Origin: Cenococcum geophilum
Taxonomy: Eukaryota
Assembly (NCBI GenBank): GCA_050273025.1
Contig: CP158635.1
Location: 186,001 to 250,000 of the forward strand
Direction: 5' to 3'
DNA length: 64,000 bases
Position numbers and translations under genes: made by a program. The notes under the pieces are model-generated. The model made no database searches. It was not told the origin of the DNA and was given only the letters and a program-made list of their open reading frames with translations. Numbering within the stretch: position 1 is the first letter of the stretch; every line of letters starts with the position of its first letter. Shown here in pieces: positions 25,389 through 40,600 of the stretch.

Positions 25389-28300
25389 TGTTACGGCACT
25401 GTAACGCGTAACCTAGATAGGGAGCCTAGTTAGGGGTTCGGCTAAGGACTTGGCGTTATAACGCGTATATATTACGCCTCTACCTCCTCTTCTTAGCTTA
25501 GTATCTTCGTAATATAGCATTCTATAAGCTTTAGTTTAGAGGCATTTATACGAGCCGTAATATTATACTAAGCTCACCCTATATTGCCTGGGAAGGCCTT
25601 AATAATATCCCACCCTAAAAGAAACTTCGTCTATAATAACGCGTTAACGTGCTATACTTAGATACTAAAACAACTTTATATTACCTGGGAAGGCCTAGAT
25701 AATATTCTACCTTATAAGCTAAATAGGACTAGACCTATACCCCTAGAATTAAAACTAAAGCGTATAATACTAATAAACCTTAAAAAGCTAACGATGGTAC
25801 CTAAAGCTAGCTTATTTAAGAGAGCTACTTTTACCTAAGAGGAACCTGAGATCTAATTAGGATCAGAAATTAAAGATAATAATAACGTCGTAGACGTACG
25901 TAAGTAGATTTACGCCCTCGCAGCTAACTAGGAAGCCGATTATTTAAGGTAAGGAATATATAAGAGACTCTATAAGAGATCCTAAAAAGCCTTAGCCGAC
26001 CTATTTACTCTACCAAGTACAATATACTAGGGAGTACGGATATAATAACGAAGTAATTAAAGTCTGTTAAGCTCCCTAACCCCCTACTATCTTTAACAGG
26101 ATAGACCCTATTTTTAAAAATTAGAGGATTTAAGTATAAGGAAAGCTCCGCGTTAACTATAACTATTTTCTTTCTAAAGAAGCTAAAATGCTCTACCTCT
26201 TTAGTCGAACTACTAGGGACGCCTAACGGCACCTTTAAGCTAAGTTTAAGGACAAGTCCCCTGTCCAATTTATATCTGTTAATAAAATAATACAGTACTT
26301 AGCTACTATCTACGTTAACCTAAATAAAGTATAGGATGCCTAGTATAACTATAATCGCCTAATAATAAAACCAAACTAACCCTTTACCAAATTCTAGACT
26401 TAATTCCTATACCTTATAGAAGAAGGCTAAGTCCCTTTTAAAATTACTAATTAGACCTATACGATAAACTAACAATTAGACTATAAGAGAAGATTATAGT
26501 AACCTTAGATAACCTACCAAACTATAAAAGACTCGCGGCTTATTACCTATTATTAGATTTAAAACTAAAGCGAATTAACGCCTGCCCTAATTGGTAAAAG
26601 CGACCCTAAAACCTATTAACTATACCTATAAAAGCTAGAGTAGGAAGATAAGCTATAGCAGTCCCTACTCTAAAAGCGGTTACTACTACGTATTTGCAAG
26701 CCTCGCCTAACCCGTTATATACTACGCCCTTAACTAATAATTACTGTAATACCCCAATTGACCCTACTATAGTTATATGCTATAACTATAATAAGGATAA
26801 TTACTTTGCCTTATCTTGCCTAAAGCTAAAGGATATAGGCGATATTAAGTAGATAGAGGAAGGAGAGACGTCTAACAAGTTAGGAAAAGAAAAACCCTAG
26901 GGAAAAACTCCCCCCTAGGGTACCCTATTAATCTTAAAGAGATTAATTTAAGTTAGTTAATAGGTGGAAAACACTTTACAGTTCTATATATAGTATCTTA
27001 AAATAGATCTAATGTTAATATAACCGCTCTTATTAATACTAGAGTAAATGGTTTTGCCTTTATAAATACTGCCTATATAAATAACGTTGCTAAGTTTTTA
27101 AATATAAAAGCTACTAGACTAGAGAAGCCTATTTAAGTAAGAGGATATAACGGTTAGACTAGTAAGCTAGTTACCTACATCCTAAAGTTATATATTGCTC
27201 TTAACGGACGACGCTAGTATAGTATCCCCTTTTGCATTCTAGACCTAGGGTCTTATAATATAATCCTTAGCCGAAAATAGATATTTTATTTAAATATTTA
27301 GCTAAATATATAATAAAGATAATTTGTCTAGCTAGAGGATAGACTAAAATTACCTTCCTTTATTAGGGAAATCTAAACCGACTATAAGATACTAGCTGCG
27401 AGGGCTAACCTTACCTATTAGTAGGATGTTAGGGACTACAACCTAGCCTTTACTTAAGAAGATGCCCGTTATAAGGCCGTAAGAAACTCTTTTATACCAA
27501 CAAAGATACTCCCCTAGAGCGCTACGGTTGATAAAGACTCTACGTATAGTAGCGGGATAGATAGTAATATAGATAATGTCTAAATTATGTAGATTTAACT
27601 AATATGGAAGAGAATATACTAATAGGATATAAGAGATAACCTTTAAAAGATGCGATAGAAGCTAAAAGGAGTAATAATAACGCCTTTACCCCGGAAGCCC
27701 CTAAGGTCCTATACACCCCTATTATTATATAACCCCCCTATAGTAAATATCGCGGTAATTAGCGCTATAGTATTCTACTTTAATATATATAGGAGGGATA
27801 ATAAGGTCTTTATAACTAGATTATATAAAATTAACTAGATTATTAATAAGAGGGAAGAAAAGCTAGCTAAGGAAACTAATAAGGAACTAATTAAACGCCT
27901 CCTCCCTACTATTTATGCGGGATATAAGAATGCATTCTTAAAAGCGGCTTTAGATAAGTTACTTCCTTACTAGATATACAATTATAAGATTTAATTAGAA
28001 GCTAATAACTCGCTAAGATATAGCCCTCTATATTAAAAATTAACGGATAAGCTAAAAGTAATAAAGTAGTACTTAATTTAGAACCTTAATAAAGGGTTTA
28101 TTAAGCTAAGCTAAGCCCCTTTTACTTCCCCTATTCTATTTATAAAAAAGCCTAATAGAGGCCTTTGTTTTTATATTAACTATTAAAAGCTAAACACTAT
28201 TACTTAAAAGGATTGGTATCCTATTCCTTTAATTAATAAGACCCTTATATATCTAAGCTAGGCAAAGATCTTTACTAAACTTAATATCCGCTAAACTTTC

Positions 28301-31300
28301 CACTGGATTAGGATAAACCCTATATCTAAAGATTTAATAACATTCCGTACCTATTACAGGTCCTATAAATATAAAGTCCTTCCTTTTAGACTAATAAATA
28401 GGCTAGCTATATACCAAAGGTATATAAATAATATCCTTTTAACTACCTTAATAAATTCTGTATAGTATATCTAGATAATATCCTTATATATTTAGATAAC
28501 AAACTTAAGTATAAAGTTTATATAAAGAAGGTCCTAGAGAGACTACGGAACATAGGCTTATAAGTTAATATTAAGAAATACGAGTTTAGAGTAAAACGTA
28601 TAAAGTACCTTAGGTTTATTATTACTATAAAAGGAATTAAAGTTAATTCTAAAAAGGTTAAAGTAATCTATAACTAGAAACCCCCTTATACCGTAAAAGG
28701 GATCTAGTCCTTCCTTAGTTTTTATAACTTCTACTACTAGTTTATCCGTAACTATAGAGTTATAGCTAAGCCTCTTATATAACTTACCCGGAAAGATATG
28801 CCCTTTATCTTTAATAGTGACTATATAGAAGCCTTTAAAGAGTTAAAAGAGCGGCTTATCTCTTCTTTAATTCTTTATTACTATAACCTAGACCTTAAAT
28901 TAATGTTAGAAACGGACGCTTTTAATAAAGTTATAGCGGGAATCCTATTACAGTTATATTAGGACGGTAAATAGTACCCTATCGCCTTTTTTTAAAAAAA
29001 ATAATAAATCTGGCTAAGTATAACTATAAAATACATAATAAAGAAATACTAGCTATTATTTAATTACTATCCTAATAGCGCGCGGAGCTTAAAGGTATAA
29101 ACTTCTAGATTAAGATATATATAGATTATAAGGCCTTAGAGTACTTTATAACTATAAAGTAGCTTACTAAATAGTAAGCCTAGTAGGCTAAAGTACTCTT
29201 TTAATTCTTTTTTATAATTATATATTGTTCTAGTAAGTAAAACACTAAGGCTAATGCCCTAACTTAAAGAGAATAAGATATAGGACCTTAGAATAAGCTA
29301 AAGACCTAATACTAAACGCGCGCGCTTTTTTATCCTAAATAGCTTAACTAGCGGATCCTTAAGGAGCTAGACTTTTAGTAAAACAAGCTAGTACTAATAG
29401 AGGAGTCCTTAAACAAACTAATAGGGCTAATTAACCGCCTTTTAACTATAAACTGCACGGCTAACGCCCTAAAGGCCCTCTATAATTAAGCTCTAAGAGA
29501 AAACCCCAATTTTAAAATAAAGGAAGGATTGCTCCTATATTAAGAGCGGCTTATAGTCCCTAACGTTAATAATCTACAAACCAAACTAATTCGCGAAGCC
29601 TATTGCTAAGTCTCTATGGCATACCCTAGTAAGAATAAGACCCGTAAAATTATTAGCGGCCGCTACTACTGGCCTAGAATAGCTATAGATATTAATTAAT
29701 ATATACGGAACTACGATAACTACTAAAGAGCTATAATCCTATAAGATAAAACTCTAGGATTACTAAAACCGCTCTTAATATTAGAGCGCCCTTAGTAATA
29801 TATCTTTATAAACTTTTATAAACTACCTATAGACTATAACGGATATAATATAGTTATAATCCTAGTTAACCGCTTTAGCAAGCGCCTATTCTTAATCCCC
29901 TGCTATAAGAATATTAATACTAAAGAGGCAGCCTCGCTATATATCTACTACGTCTACTAAATTTATAAACCGCTAGATACTATTATATCTAATTATAGGC
30001 CGCAGTTTATATTAGCCTTCTAGTACAAGTTTACCTAAATCCTAGGCATTAAGCTAAAGCTTTTTACGGCGTATTACTCTTAAATAGACGGTTAGACAGA
30101 GATTGTAAATTAGTATTTAGACTAGAGACTTCGGCCTTTTATTAACTACTTTTAAAACAACTAGTCTAAACTACTCCCCCTAATAGACTATGCCTAAGCG
30201 ACTTTACCCTATAACTCTATAGGGTTTGCCCTTATTTAGCTAGAAATAGGCTACTTACCCTATATAAGCTTTAACTAAAAAAGACCGGAAGAACCCTAGA
30301 CTATACGTGAGAAACTATCTTATAGTAAGGCCTAGTGGTACGCTAAACGCTTAGAAGAGGCCTAGACAATAGCCTATAAGAACTTAGAAAAAGCCCAAAT
30401 GTTAATAAAACAGCAGATAAATAAACACCGCTAGGAACCTAACTTTGCCCCTAGTAATAGGGTCTAGGTTATAATAAAGAATTAAAGGACTAAGCGGCCT
30501 AGCCGTAAGCTAATCTACTAGATAGTAGGACTATATAAGGTTTTAGAGAAGGTAGGCAACTTATATAAGGTAAAGCTTATAGATTTAATTAGAGTTTACC
30601 CTATTTTCTCACCGGATAAGTTATAGAAAGCTATAAGTAACCTATTACCCAGATAGAAGAATAAGCCTCCCCTACTAATTTAAGTTAGTAGCGATAATAA
30701 ATAGGAAGTTAAGAAAATACTAGTATATAAGCTAGTGCGAGGAGCGCTAAAATACTATATTTAATAAAAGGGCTATAACCCAGACCTAACCTAGTACCCC
30801 GCTTAAAACTTTATAGACTACCCCTAAAAGCTTAAAGAGTTCTATAATTAATACCGTAACTTACCTAGACCTCTAAAGTACTTAGATAAGTAGATGGAAT
30901 ATTAGTATAATAAAGACAATAAGTTACTGGAAGAGTATAGAGATAAAAACGCCCTAAGGCCTAAGGAATAAAGCCTACTATAATATACGGCTACCTAGAT
31001 TTACGCGTTACATAAGGCCTTTAAATATTTAGGAACTTTAACCGCTAGTTAAAGTTCTCTAATTAGCTAGATCCTTACTAAGAGTTTTAATAGCTACCCT
31101 TTTTACTCTAGCGCTTCCACGTAACCTACGGTTGCCTTATATACTTAGTCCAAACGCACTTATATCTCCTTTTTTTTTATTTTACTTTATTTCTAATAAA
31201 GCCTAAAAGCAGGCTTTCTTTTAAAGGGGGGGGTAATATTATAGTACTATAGCGCGTAACCTGGACAGGGAGCCTAGTTAAGGGTTTAGCTAAGGACTTA

Positions 31301-31428
31301 GCGTTATAACGCGTATATATTACGCCTCTACCTTCTATATATACCTCTCCTCTTCTCTTTAGCTTAGTATCTTCGTAATATAGTATTCTATAAGCTTTAG
31401 TTTAGAGGCATTTATACGAGCTATAACA
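25389..31428 (+). mobile_element. Ty3/Gypsy chromovirus family D, full length (6040 bp), RIP-degraded
   Basis: LTRs 25389-25562 and 31237-31428; TSD CTAAG/CCAAA (ancestral CCAAG). Gag CCHC ~26778, protease LIDTGA ~27028, RT YLDD ~28468, RNase H ETDA ~28909, integrase, chromodomain ~30700-30850, PPT AAAGGGGGGGG. Confidence 0.95.
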
Positions 31429-32179
31429 CCAAATTATTATATCCAACTCTATATTTAGCTCTTTTTCTATTTCTATTAAACATTTTATATAGGCTTTATA
31501 TTTACAGACATATATTATTCTACGTTTTAACAAACTATCTCCGTAGAAATACTAGTAGCGATTATAATAAGCTTAATAATTAAAAAGACTAAACTTATAT
31601 AATACTAGACTAGATAGCTAAATATAGGAGACTAAGAGTAGCTAGCCTCTATAACTTCCATTACAGGAAATCTATATAGCCTATATTAGCACTACTAAAA
31701 TAGTAATAGTAGTTAAGGCTTATATAGGTTTACACTATACGTATATTAAATGCCTATAATTAGGGCACCTTTCCCTAAATCCAACTCCGTTATAATAGTG
31801 TTGTACCTTTTATTAGACCATTTAATCTTATTATAAAAGGATATATACGCAAATCTAACGTTACTATAGTGGCTAAAATTATTATTATAGAGCCTATAGA
31901 ATTACCTAATAGCAAAACTTATAATACGTGGTTTATAACTCTTAGGTTTAATAAGCGTATTTTCTTCCTAGTTAGATTTAGTACCAAGATTAAGCTTTTT
32001 ACGTTATCTTAATAGTTGCGTATAATTTTCTATACTAGATATTCTTTACTAAAATTAAAAATAGAAAGGCTAAAAGTTTAAAATTTATAGGTAAACATAC
32101 GGGCAGCCTAAAAGGTAGAAGTCTAGCATATTATATAAGCTTTTATATTTGACGGGCTATATATTATTTATAGCTACTA

Positions 32180-34140
32180 ATATAGAGATTTATAAGGCGT
32201 ACTATACTTACTATAAGGCGTACTAGCTATCTATAAGGCGTATATACTAGCTTTTAACCCCCTCCGTTTCGTCTATATTATCTATTACTATTTACATTTT
32301 ATAGTATAATCCATATTAGTTAAGCAACTTAGTATAACTTCCCCTTTCTTTTATCTCTCCGTTTTCTAAGAAAATAATTTTATTAGCACCCTTAACTATA
32401 CTAAAACAATAAGTAATAGTTAAAATTATTTAACCTTTCCCCTAACTTTTAAGCAATTCGCGAAATTAATTTCTTTATTATAGTATCTATAATAGATATA
32501 GCTTTATTAAAAAGCAAAATCTTTAAATTTTTAAGAAAGGCCCTTGCAATAGTAATACGTTAACGCTTACCACCTAAGAGTTTAATACCCTCTTCCTTAA
32601 CTACTATGTTATATCTAGCATTATAATATATAATCCGTTTATATATAAAAGCGGCTTTATAGCTTTTTATAATTTTAGTATTACTAATATAGACTCTATA
32701 CAATACGATTTCCCTAATTAACTTATTTAGTACTTTAAGATTTTAGGGTATAATTGCTATATTTTCTTATAGACTTCTTAGTATAATATTACTAATATTT
32801 TAGCTATTAATTTTAATACTCCCTTTACTAGGGTTAATAAACCCCTTTAGAAGATTAAGAAGTATAGACTTACCGCTTCTAGTTAATCTAATAAGCGTAA
32901 TAATCTTTCCGCCCTTAACTATAAAACTAATCTTCTTTACCGTTAACTCGTTATTAGCGTAAGAAAATAAGACATTATTAAATTTAACGCGACCAGCGGT
33001 AACCTTAAGGTGTATTATTCCTTCTTTATTAACAATAGATACCTTAGTTTAAACAAGTATAAAAAAGCGTTCTCCTGCACTAAGGCAACCTATTAGTATA
33101 TTATACGTTTATATAAAATAGCCTATAAACGTAAACATATTTAGCTAGGAACTAATTAAAATAAATAAGCCGCCTATACTTACGGTATCTTATATAAGGC
33201 GAAAAAGCAAGATTAGTACTAAGATTGCTAGGCTAATTACTTTTAATCCCTCCCCTAATAGACTAGTAAAAAGTTATAAACATTTTATCTATAATTTTAG
33301 TTTATTACTATCTACTAATATAGAGGAATATCCGCGCCACTCCTAATCTTAATAATTAGCTATTTTTACTAGATCCTAGTATATAACTATATTGTACTTA
33401 ATCTAGCTTTCCTTATACCTATTTATACTATAGTCTTAATATATTTAAAAAAAAGCTTAGGATTCTTAACAAGCTTAGTTTAGATATAAATAATAATTAC
33501 GTTAATTATAATAAGTCCTATATATGCATTAATAAAGTGCGAGAAATAAACTATAAAGGTAATAATATTAATTGCGGAAGGTATTAAATTGAGAATTATA
33601 CTATCCATAAAATAGATATACTATTCTCCTAAGACTATAACCTCCAAGACTTCCCTAGAGCTATTATTACTATAGAAGTCCATAAAGAGTGTTATAATAT
33701 ATCTTAAGGCGTACTCTTTTAGGTTATATATTAAACATTCTATAACGTGCCCCTTTATATATAAGTTAAACCGGTTTAAAATAAAGGTAAGTAGTGTTAT
33801 TACCTATAGGATAAATTCTTAAACAGGAATAGAACCTTTAGCAGTTAATTAATAATATTTAAAAAGGATAAGAATATATACTAGATCTATCTATAGTAGT
33901 ATCTATAAGTGCACCTATTTATATTAATAGCAATATTGTTAATAGCTTAGCTAAGACTTATAGGATACCTACTAGGCAAAGCAATAACCATATTTTTAGG
34001 TCCTTTAGCTATAGGTATAGTATAACTACTAAAAGATCCTTTATATAATCCCGCTAGCTTTTAATATTACTAGCTTAAGGATGCTTAAGTAGCGGTTCCA
34101 CTTCGCTTACTAGGTAAAATATTCTATATAAGATAGAGAG
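32180..34140 (-). pseudogene. ABCB half-transporter (HMT1/ATM1-like), RIP-inactivated
   Basis: De-RIP Walker A GSTGSGKS (~32866-32890), signature LSGGERQRIAIARA (~32540-32580), Walker B ILLFDEA (~32500-32520); upstream TMD with LSMDFH...SGEVL. Limits approximate. Confidence 0.82.
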
Positions 34141-34685
34141 CCTAACTAATAAAAATATCCTTAAAATTGGTATTATAAGGCGCACAATTTAGTAGACGTT
34201 AATTAATTAGCTAACAGTAAGGACGATAAAATAGGAGACTTTAAAGGTATATGTAATTAGGCAAGAGCTAAAATAAAAATACCTTAGGTAAATTAATTTA
34301 AGTTAAAAAAGGATCTAAATAGTACTCTATATAAGTATTAAACTTTCTATAAAGACCTAAACATCTAGTTAATATAGAACTACAATTCTATATAAGGACG
34401 TTATATATATATATATAAAGTAATTTGCTAGTATATAGCCTACAGAATACCTTCTATACCCTTAGCTATTATTAGATATACTTATAATTGCAAAATTTAG
34501 ATACTTATATAGCTGGCTATAAGTCCTACTACCATCTATAATATATAAGTTGGCCGCTTCTTATATATAACTAGTAATAACTATAATCTTATAAATTACA
34601 CGGTATAGGAAAGGAAAGAAATAACTAGAAGGATGGAATAAATATAGTTAACAGTCTTAAATAGCTATATAATTTGTAGTTTTAT

Positions 34686-37600
34686 TATTAGTCACATAGG
34701 GTGACTTACCAATAACGACTACTCGAGTAGGGTTATAGTGATATTGGGTGATAAAGCTTATTCATTAGAATGAGGAAGGGCGAGGAACTTAAGGCTCCTC
34801 GCCACACTAGTGCCGCGGCGACACGTAATAGCAACTTACCATCACGTGACGGCAGTTTGCCGTACGTGACGGCAACTTGCCTCATTCCTGACACTAGCAA
34901 CTCTTCTTTTATAGTTGCCATCTAGATATAAATACTGCTTAACTATTATAACAAATATAAATCCTTTTTACTTACTATTGCCATTATAATATAAGTCTCG
35001 CTGTCCTAAAATTTGCCTCTTAGCATATAGCTCTCTTACTTAGGAGTTATAGGTAAGCATTTTGTTTAAAGGGCCGCCAAGGCGCTAGTAGTAAGCGAGC
35101 TAATAGCGATTTTCCATCCCGGGGATGGAAAATCCTAATTGGCTAGGTTGAGTTAGGGTCTATAGAATCCCCCCTTTTAAAAAGTCTTAGTAAGAGAATC
35201 TAACCAATTAAACAACTTCGACCACTGGTTAAAGTTTCTGGATATTTTAAGACCTTACGTAACTAAGAAATTTCTAGGGACTCCCTTTTAACCCAACCTT
35301 TAACTCGTATACGTAGAGTATTTATATTAATAAACGTCTCTAATGCCTTATTTAGGTTTGCCTTTATTATTATATCTACCGGGTTATCTTAGCTATTAAT
35401 CTATTAAATTTTAAAGAGTTCTTAACGCTTATAGGATTGCTAAAGTGCTATAATATTAATTATGAGGCGCTTTTCCTTTATAGTACTAAGCTTAACTAAA
35501 CACTTATAGAGGGAATATAAATCGGTGTATACGATTATAGGGATAATAGAAAGTGCGAGTCGATTTATAATTATCTTTAAGGTAGTTCCAATTGCAATTG
35601 CTATATTAACTCTACTAACCATTCTATATATCTCTAACGCTAAAACACTTTAGGTAACGCGCTTACTCTTAGTTAAGCTCTAATAAATAAGATTGCTATA
35701 GATTATAAAGTCGTTCTCTCTAGTAAATTTATTTGTAATAATAATCTTATATCCTAACTAGAAGCTAAAATCTTTATTATTTATAAACGATCTATTAATA
35801 AATATAAAGAGCTTAGCGGTAGGAAGATTAATAGGCACGTAAAGTAGTCCCTAATTAAAATGGTTTATTTGCTAGGAAAGATATTTATTTAGGGCAAGAA
35901 CGTCGTCCTTAGTTGGTTCCTAGTATTAGGCGGCAACAGAGAGATTAAATAAAGCCTTAGGTTAATAGATAGAAGTAATATAAGCTCTGCGAGCGCGTTA
36001 CTCTATATATCCTTACTTTAGAGAATTAACGTTAATAACATCAATCTTCTTGCTTTAACCCTTCTGGCGTAAAGTAATAGAATCCTTATTTAGGGAGAGG
36101 ATATATCTATTAAAGAGTAATGGTGTTATTAAATTAAGCTTTTCCTTTGGCTTTACTATAAGATTTACCTTTACTAGTTTATCTTCTTTAAGAGCTAAAA
36201 ATCGGTCGTCTCCTAAAATAATTATATTATTAGTTTATATGCCAACAATTCCAAATAGAGTTCCTGTAGTTATAATAAGGAAGTATAGGTTAAATATAGA
36301 AGTAGTTATTAAAAGCTTCTCTTTATAGTGCTTGCTATAGGTAGCCTACTAATAAGTTCCTGCCTCTGCGATTCTATATAATAGCTTAAGCACAACCATA
36401 ATTATATCTTCGGGATATTAGTAGCGAATTTGCTCTAAAAGATATACCAGTATTAAGCGCTAAAGGGGCGTCTCTAATTAAGTGTAGGCTTAAGTAATAT
36501 CTCGCAAATAAACCGCCATTCTATTCTTTATTAAGGAGGGAACTAACGCAATAATAACTTGCTAACTAGCTCGTTAAATCGTAGAAAATTACGTAAGAAT
36601 TACCTCCTTACTATTATTATTGTAACCTTAGATAATAAGCCTTAATTTCTTAAATGGGGCGTTAGTAGCTTTGCCCTTAATCTCGTTAACTATTCTTAAC
36701 TTAAAGATGCGAACTCCATCGAACTTAGTAGGGTTATACTTCTTAAATTTAAAGACTCCTCTTATAATAAGACTATCGATCTCCTGTTTATTAAATACTT
36801 AGAAAGGAGCTCCTAAAGTTATAATACGACCTTCCTTTTAGAGCTGTTTTACGAGTTTAAAGTTAGCCTTCTCCTTAACTGATATAAAGGCCATTAATAG
36901 CTTAACTCTATTCTTGATAGCGGCAACAAATTGCTCTTTAAAATTAATAAGATGTTAGCGATTTCGTAATCCCTTTAGGCGACCTCTACCGCGTCGTAGT
37001 TATAGCGTATCTACTATAATTATATTAGGATTGTGGTCGCCTTCTAGAGCATATTAATTATGTTTCTCCTCTAGGGCATTTTCTATGGCATCCTATAAAG
37101 GCTTAGAACTGTTATCTTTATAGTAAGGCTTAATAATAGTTAAACGGAATTAAGTGGGTCTATAAGGTATCTAAATAGTATAAGTTAATATGGGCCTAAC
37201 TATTCTCCCTTTTTACGCTATACGCGTACCTTAGACTGGAGTGGCAGATTAAGCGTAGTTAAGGTATTTAGGCCATTTTTTATTCCTAATATATCGTTAA
37301 CCTAGCGTGTAGCGTAGAGATGTTATACCTCCTTTATTACCTTATAAATAGCCTTAGCTTATTATATAATAGAGGGAGACGGTAGAGAATCGTTAGTTAT
37401 TTAAGGGTAGGCGCTAAAGACTAATAATATAGGTACGAGTCTATCCGGGCTAGCGGAATTATTAACGGCTTTAACAGCCATTTATAAGGTAAGTTCTTCG
37501 CTAGCGTCCTCTAGTTCTAAAGAGATAATCTTATATACGCGGTATAATGGCGCGTAATATTACTCTACTTTTCTAATACTGTTATATGCCTTAATAGGGA

Positions 37601-40600
37601 CTTTCTTAACCTTAATTACCATTGCTTTTATTTATTGTCGAAACTCTATAGATAAGAAGTTCTTTCCTACATTATGGACGATTTAATTAGGGGGTCCTAG
37701 GTAAATATTAATCTAGTATAATTATAGGGTATCCCATGCGTTTCTAGCTAACATATCCTTTAAGAAACGTGCGGCTTAGAAGAAGGTTAAGAAGTTAATA
37801 ACTTAGAGTACTAGCTTGCCGCTAAGGTATATAACGTTAATAATAATATAGAAGTTAAAGTTGTAGTTATCTTTAAGGCTAAACTTAAATTAGCTAAGGG
37901 ACTTCTGGTATATTTAGCAGTAATAGTAGTACTTTATAAGATGCTTAATTGCCTTAACCTTAACTTTATAGCCTACTTACTAAAGGACCCTAAGCAGTTA
38001 GTAAACAGATAGGTAGCTAAAGCGACGGTGTAGTTAACGTAACTCTAACTTAGTTAAGTGGCTTTAAGTAATACTCTTTTCTAGTTAATAAAGGAGCAAC
38101 TAGGGGTAACCCTATTTGCGTATAACGGGTACCTAATTATCTCCCTAAATAAGTACATCCTTAAAGTTATTAAGCTTAACGCCTAATTTATCTATATCTC
38201 TAATGCAAAATAGAAATAGGGTATTTATAGGAATAACGTAAAAGGTAATGTACCCTAAGGGGGTTTAGACCCTAATTGTGCTAAGAGAGATTATAGTACC
38301 CTTGCTAAAATAAATCGTGTATTAGCCTACCGTTAAATAGTTAATCTAAACAGAGCTATTAAGCTACTAAAGGGCTCGAACTTAAGGTTCTCCTACTATA
38401 GATACACCTGCGGCTCTAGTATCTGGCATAATACTATAGAAGATATTCGCTAAGTATCTGTCATTAAAGAAGAACGCGGAACTCTCCCTTAGCTCGTTAA
38501 AGATATCTAACTTTGTAGTAAAATAGAGCGTAGATTGGTTATTAAGAATAGTAACGGTTTATATACCATCTACCTTACTATACTTAGTGAAGTATTAGTT
38601 AGGTAAGTACTCCTTAATTTCTATATCTATAAGGAGCTATTTGGCCTTATTAACCTTACCTTTAAAATCTTCTACGCCTTTATATTAAACTAGGAAGCTT
38701 TAGAAGTAGGCCGCAGTAACCTTATAATTTTTAACGTTTCTTATACTCTAGCGAAACTTATTATATGCCTCCTTTTGCTTATTAAGAGAATGCCTAGTTA
38801 ACTAGTAATTCGGTTTCTTACAAACGTAGTACTTCTTCTAGCGATTACTTTAAAATAAACCTCCATAAGGACCTCTACCTTTACCTTATAATCGTTAATT
38901 ATACCCTCTACTATATTGCCTACCCCGGCCACTATATATTCGATTAGTCCAGTTATAATTATATTAGTTAGGCGGGTTAATTAAAGTAGGTTAGAGTTAG
39001 GCGTTAAATTACTGTACTTCTTAAAAGCGTAGAGCGGTACTAATAGAAGATCTTAATTAAGTATACACTCCTTTATAAGTATTTGCAGGATTAAAGAGAG
39101 TAAGGTTATATTCTTTAATACCTTAGTATACGCTAATGACTTAATTACGTAGGCTAAAGTCCTTTTAATATGATTCGGATAAACCACGCTAAATTATCTA
39201 AAGTTAATTAAAGAGCTTTTAAAGATAATTAAGCTGAGGGATACCTAGGTTTGTAGCAATAATCCTTAGAAAGGTAGTCTCTCTCTATTCTAATATATAC
39301 TACTACTTATTCTCTTCTGTTTTAAAGTAGTATCTTAACTCATATATTATGCGGTTAAAATTATATCCTTTTCCTGCCAAATGATTATAATAGAAGGTAC
39401 TAGCTCGGCCCTTAAGCATAACGGAATAGGCGTTATAGTATTAATTAGACTCTATTCCCACCTTTTAGTAATAGTTATAGAAGATACGTAGTTTTAAATT
39501 AAGAACATTATATAATTCCCCGCTAAACTTCTTCTCCTAATCCGAATAGAGCTTCGTAAGCTTTATAAGCAATTTTAAACTGCCTCCGATTTAAGATTAA
39601 GATAGAGGAGGTAGGGTTTGCATTGCAGGCTGTAGTGGGGACGTAGGTCTAGTTAGTGGAGTCTAAAGGTCGTTAAATCGCGAAGTAATGGGATCCTGTG
39701 CCTGCTTTTGTTGGGGTATAGTATCCGACGTTAAGGTTATAGATTAAATTAGATACAGAGGAGTTAAAGGCGGAGGTAGGTTCGTCTCTAGAGGTGTATT
39801 ACTTAGGTTCTATCGTAAGTTAAGCTTTCTTATAGTGCGTAGTTGGTGCTTAATCTCTTATAGAGTCCATTCGTGCTCTTCTTTTGCGTTAATAACCTGC
39901 TCCTAAATATTGTCTCTAATAGTACCTCCATCCTTAGGGACAAATACTCTATTCTCCTAAAGGAAGTTACAGAAGTTCTATATAATATCCTTGTTTACGG
40001 GGGCCTATGTTTCCTTTATCTATCTAATAAAGTCCTTCTTTATACATTCCCATAGCGCGGTATTATTGTATTTACTATCCTTATAATATGCTATACGGTA
40101 TAATAAAAATCCATTTAAGTCTTATTTATTAGCGTTTACAAGGTCAATTATAGCTTTATTCTATGTCTTTGGGTTAATATCTTCCTTATACTTCTTTAGA
40201 TAGGTTAACGCTATAATAGGTGCAGAATCGACGGGGTGTTGTACGTTAAAGGTAGGTAGGATTTTCGGTTTTATAGGATCTCGTAGGTTTGCTGTTAAGA
40301 GGTAGGCAATTTAAGATATTATTCAACGCGTTTTGGACGTCATTTAACGCGTTTTAGATGTTAACTTAGGACCCTAGGTTTAGTAACACTTCTAACCTAA
40401 AGTACTTAACCAAATCTTTATAAACGCGGTTGTTCTGCGTAATAGACGCAACTTAGTATCTCCTAGTACTTAGTAACACTTCTATTACTAGTTTTTCGCA
40501 AGTCTAAGGTAGTACAGTATCGCTGGGATCCATTCTATATAAGCATATATGGCACCCCTGTATAAGACTGTCTCTTCTATTTAAAAACCTAGCTGCTCTG

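Noticed and set aside
31500..32140. Possible additional Cys-rich gene downstream of the ABC transporter (minus strand)
   Set aside because: Coding-like after de-RIP, but no recognisable motif or reliable boundaries.
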